This document shows, piece by piece, positions 22,918-33,384 of a stretch of 64,000 bases of DNA; the stretch's first letter is position 1, and the number at the start of each line of letters is the position of its first letter. The position numbers and the translations under genes were made by a program. Where the stretch lies: assembly GCA_000004695.1 (NCBI GenBank), contig CM000152.2:2848001-2912000 (forward strand). Reading direction: 5' to 3'. Source of the DNA: Dictyostelium discoideum (taxonomy: Eukaryota). The notes beneath the pieces are model-generated. The model ran no database searches, had not been told where the DNA came from, and saw nothing but the letters and a program-made list of their open reading frames with translations.

Positions 22918-25900
22918 TCATATGAATTGATCAAAAGATATAATATTTGGGAGAGATGATTCTGGAATACAATAGTAATTAGCTGTTGTTTTTCTTAGCT
23001 TGATCGTTGAGGTGAGAAGGATCTTAGGATCTTTGAAATTATTATGGTCTTTTGCTGATAAGTTTTTCAGATCTTTTGCTTTTTTGATGTATTCTAGAGT
23101 GGCCAATTTGTGCCATTTCTTTAGAAGGGAGCTGTATGATAATGATTCATTTGTTAAAGGATCTTCACTGTATATTTGATTGCAAATCCAAATCCAAATG
23201 TTGTGGAGGATAAGGGCCATTAGGTTTCTATATGCGAATGATCTGGTTAGATCATAGTCTATTGCTTTATAGTTCCATTCAAAGTATTCTTTGTGGAATC
23301 TGTGGTTGGCGTAATCTGCATTCACTTCTTGATCTTTTTTGGCTGTCGGTGATAATTTTGGAGTTATTCTATTAATGAAATTGTTATTTTGCCTAATTCT
23401 TGTATGATGCCAGTTTTTACCTTTGCCTGTGGTAATATAGATGAAATTTTTGAGTTTATTTATTTTTATGAATTGTTTTGTTTTCTTGCATGAGAAGAAC
23501 AGGTGACCGTATGGGTCTTTGCTCATATCTTCTTTGCAGAGTGGGCATTGTTTGTTGTGAAGGTAGTTTATTGGAAGGCATCTGGCATGGAATCTAAACA
23601 TTGTGTCTCTTGTTTTAGGGTCTTTTATCTTCAGTATGTTGTTGAAGAGTTGATTATAGCTGTAGCCTCTTAAGTTTAGAGATGATTGGATTTCCGTTTT
23701 AGGGATGGTTGGATTTTGGTCTTGAATTGTGGTATACCATTCTGCCAGTGAAAGTGGTTGTCCATTTTCGTTTTTTATGGATGTGAGATTATTGTTGAAG
23801 ATTGCTTTTTTGATTCTTATTTTGTTCCATTCGTCTAAGTTTTCTTTTAGGTATCTGGATGTGAATTTGTTTTTTTGGATTTGATATTCCCAGCTTTTGT
23901 GATGAGATGAGTTTGTTTGTTTGGTTTCTAGTGCTAGGATGAATTGGTTTATGATCCAAAGTTTCTGCGCCAGTTGTCTCAATTCTATATTCCAAATGTT
24001 CCAGCCCCCTACTTTTAGTGGGTATCTTGCTCTTTTGGTTCTCATTAAATTAATAACTTGAAATCCACTAGCATTTTTGTTGTTTGGTGCCGATAAAAAC
24101 CATTCGACTAATTTATTGATTTGGTTTAATTCCTCTTCCTTAAAGTTCTCTACATATGAATAGTAGGTTAATTTAGAGAGTGCGAATGCTTTGAGGATGT
24201 TGGTTTTGGTTTTGATTGTTGAGTCAGTGGTTTTCCATAGTACTAAGGATGATCTTATTGTGTTTAATATTTCTGGCATTTTTCTTGTTATCCCTTTGCC
24301 TGTGAAGAAGTATCCCAAGTATCTTTCTGGATTTGTAGATATTGGAATTCTTTGGTTGGTATTGTCTGGGTTGCCTATAAGAATTGATGAAGATTTGTCG
24401 ATGTTTAGTTTTGAGGAAGTGGCTTTGCAAAATGAATTGAAGTGTTGTAGTACTAATTCAAGTTGTTGAAAGTCTGGGACCATTGAAGCCGAGTCGTCTG
24501 CAAAGCTTTGGAATTTCTCTCTGTGGTTGCTGTTGTTTAGAGGAAGGCCAGTAATTCGGTCATCTTGTAAAATTTTTCTAGCTAAAGCCTCTATTACAAG
24601 GACGAACAGGGTGGGTGATAGTGGATCTCCTTGTTTAACTCCTCTTTTGATCTCAAAGGGTATAGTAGTTCTTCCATTAATTTCAATTCTTGCTTCAGAT
24701 TTGGTGAGTAGATTCATTATCAGGTTGATTATATTGGTTGGAATGTTGATGTGTTGTAGTGATCTAAGTATTGAACCGTGTGAGATCGAGTCAAAAGCTT
24801 TTTCGAAATCATATAGTGTAATTATTCCGTTAATTCTTTTATCATTACAATAGTTGATTAATTCGTTCATTGATATGATATTATCTAGAATGAATCTGCC
24901 TGGTACGAAACCTTTTTGATTGTGGTTGATCACTTTCGTTAGTATTGGGATTATTCTATTGTTTATTAGTTTTGAGTGGATTTTATATATACAGTTAGCC
25001 AGTGTAATTGGTCTTCTGTTTTTGATTAGTTCGGGGTCTCCCTTTTTAGGTATCGTGATAATGAGGCCTTCTTTGTAATTTTTGCTAATTAGATGAGGAT
25101 TTCTTAGAGTGTCGTTGAATGCTGAGGCCAGTATTGGAGCTAGTTTTTCTTTGTGTGTTATGTAGAATAAGTTTGGAATTCCATCTGGGCCTGGAGATTT
25201 GTGTGGGTTCAATTGTTTTATTACTTCTAGGATCTCTTGTGATGTGAATTCATTTTCAAGGTTGTCCCATGTTGAGTCCCTGGTCACTGTCCAATTTTCC
25301 AACATTTCATAATGAGATGGTGGGTCATCTTCTTTGTAGTCATAAAGATTTGAGTAATATTTTACGTATTCTTCTTCGATCAATTCCTGTTTGTTGATTG
25401 TTCTACCTTGTGCATCTTTTACTGCGTTGATGGTGAAATCATTGTGTCTTTTCTTGATTCTCGCGGAGATGTACTTGAGTGAGGTTTCTTCGCAATAGTT
25501 GTTCAATTCTTGTTTAAGTTGTTCTTCTCTTTTTTTAGATTCATTTATTGCTGAAAGGGTTGCGAAGGCTTGGTCTTTAAATTCTGTCTCTAGTAGGGAG
25601 ATTAGATTTTTGATGTTTGCCTTATTGTTGTAGTCATTTTGTTTTTGAAATTCTGTGTATAGTTGTTTTATTTTGTTTAGTAAGCTGTTGAGTTGAGAGA
25701 AGGAAATAGAGTTATGGTTGGATGACAGCTCCCTTGAATAATCGTTAAGTAGGAAGTCTATTTTCTTAAGCATTATGCTTGAGAGGATTGAGGATTTTTT
25801 TAATCTCCATCTGCGCTTGTTCATCTGTATGTTGGGTAGAGTGAAGGTGGTTGATAGGAAGTTGTGATCTGATAGAGGTATGTCATTAATTTTTGGGGGG

Positions 25901-26517
25901 ATTAGGTTCCTTAAGTATAATTGGCTGTAGTTGATTATGCTATTGTTAAGGTATATTCTGTCTAGTCTCCTTTCCAAGATTCTTGTGAGGTTATTGTTTG
26001 TGTTGTGTATCGTTCTTGAGAAGGTGGGTCTTTTATTTAGTTGGTCCATATCCATTAGGTTATTTGAAATTCTGATGGCTTCGATTACTGTGGCCATCTC
26101 ATCTGGGGATTGTGTTGTCAAGTTGCCTTGGTCATCATTTGATGTGTGATTGTCATTGAAGTCTAAACAGTTGAAGTCGCCTGCTATGATGTCGATGTTT
26201 TTATTAGGGTTAGACGTTAGGTTGTGGTATTGGTTGTTGAAGTGTTTGTTTAGTGTTGAAGCTAGTGTTTTTCTTTTATCAGGTTGGGCCGGGGCGTATA
26301 TGGCCAAGATTCTCGTTGTGGTATCTTTTATTAGAATGTCTGATATTATTAGTCTACCTTCTATTATGAATATTGGTGAGAGTTTTATGTTTTGGTTGTT
26401 GTGGTTTAGTATTCCTATTCCGTTGCCTCTGTTGGTTGCGCTAATGATGGAGCCAGGAAATAGCTGGTGTGCTTGTGTTGCGTCGGCGTTGAGTTCATTG
26501 ACTATGGTTAGTGCCAA
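22918..26517 (-). CDS. retroelement ORF2: apurinic-like endonuclease + reverse transcriptase (1199 aa)
   Basis: N-terminal APE-like region (LAIYAPAQPDKRKTL..IIAGDFNC). RT motifs ITLYDFEKAFDSISH, KRGVKQGDPLSP, QSFADDSA (FADD box). C-terminal Cys/His region CPLCKED..HLFFSC. Confidence 0.9.
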   Translation of the reverse strand: MALTIVNELNADATQAHQLFPGSIISATNRGNGIGILNHNNQNIKLSPIFIIEGRLIISDILIKDTTTRILAIYAPAQPDKRKTLASTLNKHFNNQYHNLTSNPNKNIDIIAGDFNCLDFNDNHTSNDDQGNLTTQSPDEMATVIEAIRISNNLMDMDQLNKRPTFSRTIHNTNNNLTRILERRLDRIYLNNSIINYSQLYLRNLIPPKINDIPLSDHNFLSTTFTLPNIQMNKRRWRLKKSSILSSIMLKKIDFLLNDYSRELSSNHNSISFSQLNSLLNKIKQLYTEFQKQNDYNNKANIKNLISLLETEFKDQAFATLSAINESKKREEQLKQELNNYCEETSLKYISARIKKRHNDFTINAVKDAQGRTINKQELIEEEYVKYYSNLYDYKEDDPPSHYEMLENWTVTRDSTWDNLENEFTSQEILEVIKQLNPHKSPGPDGIPNLFYITHKEKLAPILASAFNDTLRNPHLISKNYKEGLIITIPKKGDPELIKNRRPITLANCIYKIHSKLINNRIIPILTKVINHNQKGFVPGRFILDNIISMNELINYCNDKRINGIITLYDFEKAFDSISHGSILRSLQHINIPTNIINLIMNLLTKSEARIEINGRTTIPFEIKRGVKQGDPLSPTLFVLVIEALARKILQDDRITGLPLNNSNHREKFQSFADDSASMVPDFQQLELVLQHFNSFCKATSSKLNIDKSSSILIGNPDNTNQRIPISTNPERYLGYFFTGKGITRKMPEILNTIRSSLVLWKTTDSTIKTKTNILKAFALSKLTYYSYVENFKEEELNQINKLVEWFLSAPNNKNASGFQVINLMRTKRARYPLKVGGWNIWNIELRQLAQKLWIINQFILALETKQTNSSHHKSWEYQIQKNKFTSRYLKENLDEWNKIRIKKAIFNNNLTSIKNENGQPLSLAEWYTTIQDQNPTIPKTEIQSSLNLRGYSYNQLFNNILKIKDPKTRDTMFRFHARCLPINYLHNKQCPLCKEDMSKDPYGHLFFSCKKTKQFIKINKLKNFIYITTGKGKNWHHTRIRQNNNFINRITPKLSPTAKKDQEVNADYANHRFHKEYFEWNYKAIDYDLTRSFAYRNLMALILHNIWIWICNQIYSEDPLTNESLSYSSLLKKWHKLATLEYIKKAKDLKNLSAKDHNNFKDPKILLTSTIKLRKTTANYYCIPESSLPNIISFDQFI

Positions 26518-26621
26518 TGAGTTTGGGGGGGATTGGGATTTGATAAAGTCTGTTTTGTTTTTGAAGGAGGTGTCAGTGCCCCAACCTCTGACATTCCATT
26601 GGTTGATTTTGATTACTACTA

Positions 26622-27872
26622 TTATGAGATGATATCGATCTCCTCTTGGGAGTCGTATAGCTGCGGTTTGGATGGTGAAGGGTAGATACTCTCTATGAAG
26701 CTCTCAATGATTCCTTTCCTTTCTTTTTTGACAGGTGTCTTAGGGGTGGATGGGATGTAAGGGTTGCTTCTGTTTATTGTTGGTGAGAGTTGGGTGACTT
26801 CATTGTTTGAGTGGATTTCCTCGTTCTTGCGTTTATGTGATGGAGGGATGTTTAGTGTCTTCTCTCTGTTTTCCGAGGATGAATGGATGTTAGTGCTTGT
26901 TTTGTTGGCATTGTCTTTTTGGATGGCGTTGGATGTTGTGGTAGTGGTTGTGGTGGGTTTGACAGATTGAGATTCTGCTGGGTTTTTGGGGGGAAGAGGT
27001 TGAGATGACTTTTTTGCTTGGGCTTTTTTCTCTTGTGTTGATTGTTTATCAGACTGATTGTTTGCTGAGTTGTTTGTTTGTTGTTGTGGTTTTGGTTGAG
27101 AGGATTTGATTGCTATCCTGTTTTGAGTGTTAGGAGGATCTGTCATCTCATCTTCTAATGGTTCCTCCGTGTTGTTTGTCTCTACTTTCTTGTTTTTCTT
27201 TTGTGAGGAGTAGGTTTTGGTGGCCGTTCTGATGGTAAAGTTTGCGATTTCTGTAATGTGTTGGCCAGATTTCATTTGATCGCCTATTTTGCATTCTATT
27301 AGACCGAATACTATGAGGTGGTCGGTGGAGTATATAGTATTGTATATTGCATAGGGTATTTCTTCTGCAAAGGCAGTTTTGATGAGGGCGTCCACTATTC
27401 CTGCCTTTTCTCTGGGAATTCTTACTCTTCCTGTGAGGACGTGGAAGTCTCTACTGGAGGTGATGAAGGTTCCCAATTTGCTTCTATCTCTAATGATATT
27501 TAGGAGAGATTGTTCGTTTTTAATCATCAGGTGGATCATTTTTCTAGTTCCTTTGCCTATGTATATCTTGTCGATTGGGATATCGTAGTTTGAGAGTGTT
27601 TTTCTCATTTCTTCTAACCCCTTGAGATCCATTTTGGGGAATTCGAGTGTAATTGGGTAGAATCCGTTGTTCTTCTCGTAGGTTGAGAGCGCAGTCATGT
27701 TCAATATGGTCTCGCAGTATTTGGAGATGTCTTTGAGGCCTATTGATAGTTTGGGGTAAGTTTCCTTTGTCTCTGCTGTTTTTGTGGAGAATTCCTTAAT
27801 GAAGTTCTCCGATGCCTCGTCCATATGGGTGGAGGGGTTGGCCATTTTAGCCGCGTCTGCGTAGGAATTCAT
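26622..27872 (-). CDS. retroelement ORF1 (416 aa, basic/low-complexity C-terminal half)
   Basis: Intact ATG ORF directly upstream of ORF2 on the same strand, with a 104-nt spacer. Typical ORF1/ORF2 layout of TRE/L1-like elements. Confidence 0.75.
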   Translation of the reverse strand: MNSYADAAKMANPSTHMDEASENFIKEFSTKTAETKETYPKLSIGLKDISKYCETILNMTALSTYEKNNGFYPITLEFPKMDLKGLEEMRKTLSNYDIPIDKIYIGKGTRKMIHLMIKNEQSLLNIIRDRSKLGTFITSSRDFHVLTGRVRIPREKAGIVDALIKTAFAEEIPYAIYNTIYSTDHLIVFGLIECKIGDQMKSGQHITEIANFTIRTATKTYSSQKKNKKVETNNTEEPLEDEMTDPPNTQNRIAIKSSQPKPQQQTNNSANNQSDKQSTQEKKAQAKKSSQPLPPKNPAESQSVKPTTTTTTTSNAIQKDNANKTSTNIHSSSENREKTLNIPPSHKRKNEEIHSNNEVTQLSPTINRSNPYIPSTPKTPVKKERKGIIESFIESIYPSPSKPQLYDSQEEIDIIS

Positions 27873-28077
27873 CTCGATGGGATTCCTTTGAATCGGCGAT
27901 TTGGTAAGTTAGATCTGTAGATCGTGGTGGATTGGTGATTTTTTTCGAAAGATTGGTTAAAATTGACCGAGATTAAGGATAGAAAAGGATGAATTACTTT
28001 TCACGTGTATCTTGTATCCTCTTGATAGCCAATATAATATTAATTGTGAGTTCCTTTATTTACTGACAATTCATTAA

Positions 28078-28089
28078 AGGAATCGAACC
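28078..28089 (-). promoter_or_regulatory. external B box (ex-B box) downstream of the tRNA gene
   Basis: The minus strand reads GGGTTCGATTCC about 35 nt 3' of the tRNA. This matches the GGTTCGANTCC B-box consensus and the extra downstream B boxes described for Dictyostelium tRNA genes. Confidence 0.45.
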
Positions 28090-28113
28090 CTTTGTCTAAG
28101 TTGGGAAGACCCC

Positions 28114-28119
28114 AAAAAA
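28114..28119 (-). terminator. Pol III oligo(T) terminator of the tRNA gene
   Basis: The minus strand reads TTTTTT a few nt past the discriminator base. Confidence 0.55.
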
Positions 28120-28123
28120 TATA

Positions 28124-28197
28124 CGAGACCATCAGGGGTCGAACCTGAGACCTACCGGTTCGTAGCCGGTCGTTATATCCAACTAAACTATAGTCCC
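28124..28197 (-). tRNA. tRNA-Arg (anticodon ACG)
   Basis: The minus strand reads GGGACTATAGTTTAGTTGGATATAACGACCGGCTACGAACCGGTAGGTCTCAGGTTCGACCCCTGATGGTCTCG. It folds as a cloverleaf with a 7-bp acceptor stem (two G-U pairs) and anticodon stem ACCGG/CCGGT around loop CTACGAA. The T arm is TCAGG-TTCGACC-CCTGA. A-box-like TAGTTTAGTTGG and B-box GGTTCGACCCC are present. 74 nt, no encoded CCA. Confidence 0.85.
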
Positions 28198-28239
28198 TTT
28201 GATATTTTTCAAAGAAAAATAGATAAAATATATATTACT

Positions 28240-30034
28240 ATTCACCTTAAACTCAACAATAGAAATAATAAAACGAGAGATTAACACAAAAGAGGATATG
28301 GAACCAATCATAACATTTTATGATTTTGAAAAAGCATTCGATTCAATCTCACATAACGCCATTCTACGTACTCTTGCACATCTAAAACTACCACTCAAAA
28401 TGGTCCTCACAATAATGAACTTACTCAATGAATCAGAAACATCAGTGTACATCAATAACTCATTATCTAAAAGCTTTACATCAAAAAGAGGAACCAAACA
28501 AGGTGATCCTATCTCTCCCACTATCTTCGCATTAGTGGTTGAATGCATGGCAACTACTATAATAAATGACCGCTGCATCAATGGTGTAACCAAAGAAACC
28601 ATTAAAATACTACAGTTCGCCGATGATACAGCAACAATAGCATACAACTTTATGGACCATTTCCTCATGAATGAATGGATCAAGAAGTTTTGCCAAGCAA
28701 CCAGCGCAAAAATAAACCAAACCAAATGCTCGTGTATCACTTTCAAATGGAACACCAGAACGCTATACACCGTCATAAAATCAAACGAAAGGTACCTCGG
28801 CTTTGACTTCAACAATAAGGGTATCAAATCCAAAATCAATACAATCTCAGACAACATCAGAGCTAAACTAGTAACATGGAACTCAACTTCATCAACCTAT
28901 ATGGGCAGACTCATAATGGCAAAAACATATGCACTATCTCAGTTAACGTTCCACACTTACATCAACACCACACCACAACACAATAGTATTGAAAATAACA
29001 TCGTAAAATTCGTTTTCAACACAAAATCTAAAAACTCTCTTTCACTACAAAGAAGACAAAACAACTATATCAATGGTGGCCTAAACTTATGGAACCTGAA
29101 GACAAGAGAACTAGCACAGAAAGCATGGTTATTCGAAAGATACCTCCACCAAAGAGTAAGTAACACTCCTAGTTCATATATAAAACTGTGGGAAGAGGAA
29201 CTCAAAAACAACAACAACAACAAAACAACAACAAAACAAAATCAACTACAACTACACTGGCAATGCAAGCAAGCATGGACCCAATTAAAAACTCCACAAA
29301 ATAAACAAACACACTACGAACACCTCCCAAAATTAAAAAAAATATACGAGGATATGATGACAACTCAATCTCCTGAACACAACAAATTCATACCAACTCC
29401 TGGCCAAAAAGAAATAATGACCAAAATTAATAGCAAACACCTTCCATTTAAAGAAATCAAAAAAATAATAAACATGAAAGGTAGAGATCTATTATGGAGA
29501 TACACACTGAAAGCACTACCAAAAATATACAACATGCCATGCCAACAGTGTGGGGAAGATGAGACCTCAGAACATATATTCTTCAACTGCAAAGCCCACA
29601 TCAAAAACACACAAGAAATCTTCAACTACACCCTAACTAAGTGTGGACACACCACTCACACCTGGAATGTGAAGATTTTAAACCATCTACAAATTGCACT
29701 AGTAGCCAATTTAATAGCTATTATATTCGATAAAATCTGGCACAAAAGAAATAAACTCATTCACGATGAAAAAGAAATAATAATTCACAGACAACAAGTC
29801 ATACGTGAACTAATTAAAACACAAAGAGCTGCATGGGACAGGACACAAGCGGTTATAAACAAAACATTAAGAATCAAATCAAAGCAACGGCCAGAAGAAC
29901 AAAATAAATTAGACTCACTAATCTCGCTAAAGCTATTACAATTTAGCAGACAATGGAACTCACCTCTTCACGCAATAGAACTTCCTAAACATCTCAAAAA
30001 ATACAATAATTCACTCAGTACTTTCTATAAATAA

Positions 30035-30092
<58 letters not shown>
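28240..30092 (+). mobile_element. 5'-truncated non-LTR retrotransposon of a different family (TRE5-like by position: upstream of the tRNA, divergent orientation, truncated 5' end within ~15-100 bp of tRNA nt +1), ending in an ~57-nt oligo(A)
   Basis: An RT-only ORF fragment followed directly by A-run 30036-30092. It shares only ~40% identity with the ORF2 of the downstream element, so it is a distinct family. Confidence 0.7.
28298..30034 (+). CDS. truncated ORF2 fragment (RT domain to C-terminal Cys/His region, 578 aa) of the upstream retroelement
   Basis: FYDFEKAFDSISH, KRGTKQGDPISP, LQFADDTA (FADD), C-terminal CQQCGEDETSEHIFFNC. No endonuclease domain and no ORF1. Confidence 0.8.
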   Translation: MEPIITFYDFEKAFDSISHNAILRTLAHLKLPLKMVLTIMNLLNESETSVYINNSLSKSFTSKRGTKQGDPISPTIFALVVECMATTIINDRCINGVTKETIKILQFADDTATIAYNFMDHFLMNEWIKKFCQATSAKINQTKCSCITFKWNTRTLYTVIKSNERYLGFDFNNKGIKSKINTISDNIRAKLVTWNSTSSTYMGRLIMAKTYALSQLTFHTYINTTPQHNSIENNIVKFVFNTKSKNSLSLQRRQNNYINGGLNLWNLKTRELAQKAWLFERYLHQRVSNTPSSYIKLWEEELKNNNNNKTTTKQNQLQLHWQCKQAWTQLKTPQNKQTHYEHLPKLKKIYEDMMTTQSPEHNKFIPTPGQKEIMTKINSKHLPFKEIKKIINMKGRDLLWRYTLKALPKIYNMPCQQCGEDETSEHIFFNCKAHIKNTQEIFNYTLTKCGHTTHTWNVKILNHLQIALVANLIAIIFDKIWHKRNKLIHDEKEIIIHRQQVIRELIKTQRAAWDRTQAVINKTLRIKSKQRPEEQNKLDSLISLKLLQFSRQWNSPLHAIELPKHLKKYNNSLSTFYK

Positions 30093-30097
<5 letters not shown>

Positions 30098-30460
30098 GGA
30101 ACCCAAGTTAATCAGAAAATTTCCAGATTTTTAACTTTTTAAAGAAAAATATAAAAAATAGAAAGAAAATAAAATGAAAATCACAAACAACACCACAAAT
30201 ATTAAGCAACACAAATGCCTACAAAAAATAAGCGAAATTGTGGATAAAACTCAATTAAAAAAAAAACAATTCAAATACGTCATAAACATCAATCACGAAC
30301 CAGACGATAAAATAAAAAAAGATTTAGAAAAAAGTTTGGACAAAAAAGATGTTTTAATCAAAAGTAATAATACAATTCAAAATTCGAAACAAAAAAAAAA
30401 AAAAAAAAAAAAGTAAACTAACCCCTCTTTTAGAGACCCTGTAAAAAAAAAAAAAAAAAT
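30093..30460 (+). other. A-rich strand-asymmetric segment with successive oligo(A) tracts (30392-30417, 30443-30459); possible 3' module or stacked 3' ends of retroelements
   Basis: Strong A over T on the + strand, unlike typical intergenic DNA here. Oligo(A) runs recur. Listed ORF 30174..30416 is low-complexity K/N-rich. Confidence 0.3.
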
Positions 30461-31113
30461 AAAATAAAATGAGATCTAGCATCTCAAGGAGAAGCAAATA
30501 ATAATTGCGTTATCCAATTCAAAAAAAAAAATATATATTACTATTTTCCAATTCAAAAAAAAATATTCTTAAAATATAAATAATACAAAAAATAATCCAT
30601 GATCAAAATTAATTAAACCGGGTTGATATTATAATTATTAAATAAAATCTATTCACCCTTAACAAACAAACTTTCCAAAATTATATTTAATATTTTTAAT
30701 TAAAAAAAACATTTATTCAAATTTAACCACCTTTGATCTATTTTGTGGGTATTTTGAACTTATTATTGTAAGAAAAAGATAATATCAAATTTTTACATAA
30801 TTCCTATTTATTTATAAATTTCTTAATTAAATTTTAAGTGAATTACTATTTATTTTTAAGTACGATAATTATATTTGAAAATTTATCTACATATTAAAAA
30901 AAATTATAACTCTCTCAATTATAAGTTTTTTTTGTGTATTTTAACAATATAATTTTAAGTCAACATATAATTATTTAAGTTTTTTTTTAATTTAAAATAA
31001 TTCTATTTTTTTTTAAATATATAAATTACTTAATTTTTTTAAAAAAAGTATAAATTCTATTTTTTTTTTTTTAATTTATTATTATTGTTTATTAAAGTAT
31101 TATACATTTTAAA

Positions 31114-31264
31114 ATGCTATGTAATTTTTTTCAAACTATTGTAGAAAATGATATAACTAAAAATATATTTGGTGATAAAACTTATTTTATAACCCATGTT
31201 CTATTAGTTGGTCTTTATATTTGGTTTTTATTTTATTCTTTATATACCTATTTAAAAGAAAAAA
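31114..31264 (+). CDS. multi-pass membrane protein gene, exon 1 (MLCNFFQTIVENDITKNIFGDKTYFITHVLLVGLYIWFLFYSLYTYLKEK)
   Basis: ATG ORF with GTAAGT donor. Confidence 0.5.
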
Positions 31265-31370
31265 GTAAGTTAAAACTAAATTAAACCAAATTACTATTAA
31301 TAGTAGTATTATTATTATTTTCTACTATGACTATTACTAACCTTTTTAAAATATTAAAAAAAAAAAAAAG

Positions 31371-31572
31371 AATGTTTTAGAAGAATTACTATTGCAATTT
31401 ATTGGCCTTTACTATTAGGGAATGTGTGTAGGATTGTATCATTTTCTTTATTCATTTTATATAAAGAAGAAATATTACCAAATTCAAAATATCTTGGGAA
31501 TTTTTTATTTGGATTATACATCTTACCTGCTTTACTATTCTTAACTTTCTTTTCAAGTATTTCTTTATTATT
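31371..31572 (+). CDS. multi-pass membrane protein gene, exon 2
   Basis: AAAAAG acceptor. The frame gives hydrophobic helices (RITIAIYWPLLLGNVCRIVSFSLFILY..LGNFLFGLYILPALLFLTFFSSISLLL). GTAAAT donor. Confidence 0.45.
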
Positions 31573-31677
31573 GTAAATATTTCAAAAATTATTTTATTTT
31601 AATTTAATTTAATTTAATTTCATTTTATTATTAATATATTTTTTTTTTCCTTTTTTAATTTATTTTTTAAAAAATAG

Positions 31678-31917
31678 ATTAAAAATTTATAAAAGGGTAA
31701 AATCAAATAATAAAGAAGTTACTCAATATAAAACAATTATAAAAATGTTAAATTTAATTATTTATACAGTTATGTTAATAATGGTAATTCTTGAATTTAC
31801 CTTATCACCAAATGAAAAAGCTTCAGTTGATATACCAGATTCTCCAGCACAAGTAATTATTCAAATGTTTATTGCATTTATTTATTTATTTGCAAGTTCA
31901 GTTTCAATAATTAATAT
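31678..31917 (+). CDS. multi-pass membrane protein gene, exon 3
   Basis: AAAATAG acceptor and GTAAGT donor. One further predicted TM helix (MLNLIIYTVMLIMVILEF). Confidence 0.45.
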
Positions 31918-31939
31918 GTAAGTAAAAATAATTATTTTT

Positions 31940-32011
<72 letters not shown>

Positions 32012-32012
<1 letters not shown>

Positions 32013-32324
32013 ATATTATTATACAATAATCAATCAATAAATTATGATGGTAGTTTTGATGCAAATGCAACAACAGAATTTAAAAAGAAATATTATAAAA
32101 TAGCATTTATTGGTTGTTGTTGTTTTTTGACACGTTCAATTATAACAACAATTACAGTTTTTAAATTAATTGATCCATTTGGTATAAAAGATATTATATA
32201 TTATCCAGTTTTAGAAATTATTCCAATTTTATTACTTTTAAATATTACAAATGGACTTCATAAGTATGCTGGAACTTTAGGTGAAATTAATGAAGAAACT
32301 GGACTTTTGAAAAACAAATTATAA
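32012..32324 (+). CDS. multi-pass membrane protein gene, exon 4 (contains listed ORF 32127..32324)
   Basis: The acceptor follows an unusually A-rich intron. The frame continues to TAA at 32322-32324. TM helix IAFIGCCCFLTRSIITTITVF. Confidence 0.5.
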
Positions 32325-32511
32325 TTGAATAAAAATAAAATAAAAATAATTATCATTATTATTATTATTATAAATTTTAAAAAATTATATTAAATGTATA
32401 TATATATTTAGAATTTCCAGATTTATTTTTAGTTTTTTCATTTCACTTTTTAATTTTTTTTTTTTTTTTTTTTTTTTATTTTTTTTAATCCGTTAAAAAA
32501 AAAAAAAAAAC

Positions 32512-32548
<37 letters not shown>

Positions 32549-32771
32549 TATTTCACTTGTTGGTAACATACCACTGACAAATTAAATTAATTTTTTATTT
32601 TTATTTTGACCATTGCTCTTTTTTTATATGAATGATTTTCTCTTTAAATAATAAATAATAAATAATAAATAATAAATAATAAATAATTATTAAAAATAAC
32701 AACATATATATGATTCATAGATCAAATTAAAAATAAAAAAAAAAAAATATAAAATATAAAACAAATTTGGA

Positions 32772-33316
32772 ATGAATGGTAACAGTAAAGTCCATACAGA
32801 AGAAAATAAAAACGAACATCAACAAGAAGGGAAAGGAGGAGAACAAGAACAAGAACAAATAAATAAACATATAAATAAAGATACAATCAATAATAATAAT
32901 AATAATAATAATAGTATGTCAATGGAAATGGATATAAACTCAGTTAGTGTAAACTCACTCTCTGAACCAACACCTAACGAACAACAAAATAACAATAATA
33001 ATAATAATAGTAATGGTAATGGTAATGGTAATGATGAAACTACATCTTCAAAAACAACAACGATAATTAATAGTAATCCTTTAGATACAGATACAATAAT
33101 GCATTTAAATAATAATGATAGTAGTAATAATACTACTACTACTACTATCCCACGACAATCATCCTCTTCAATACAAAATGGTATTCATAAAGAAGAGAAT
33201 ATAAATCAATTAACAGAAATACAACTACAACCATCACTACAAATAATGGACAAAGAACAACAAATGAATGGTATTGAGGAAAGTACTACTATAGCAACTC
33301 AAACTACATTACCAAC

Positions 33317-33384
<68 letters not shown>

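Larger units (their letters stand above)
22786..28060 (-). mobile_element. full-length tRNA gene-targeted non-LTR retrotransposon (TRE3-like by position: downstream of tRNA-Arg, same orientation), ~5.3 kb with a poly(A) tail
   Basis: Two intact ORFs plus a 94-nt 3' UTR and an (A)38 tail (forward T-run 22786-22823). The 5' end lies 50-100 bp downstream of the tRNA 3' end and ex-B box; the exact 5' boundary was not determined. Local G+C is clearly higher than the host flanks. Confidence 0.75.

Noticed and set aside
24191-26632. Plus-strand ORFs inside the full-length retroelement (24191..24469, 24527..24853, 25931..26149, 26150..26632, 26764..26970, 27318..27588) and minus ORFs 28318..28857, 29365..29625 in the truncated element
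   Set aside because: They are antisense or out-of-frame relative to the well-supported ORF1/ORF2 reading frames.
30174-30416. 80-aa K/N-rich ORF after the truncated element
   Set aside because: It is low-complexity, lies in an A-biased tail-like region and is more likely part of a retroelement 3' module than a gene. It is kept only as part of the A-rich segment finding.
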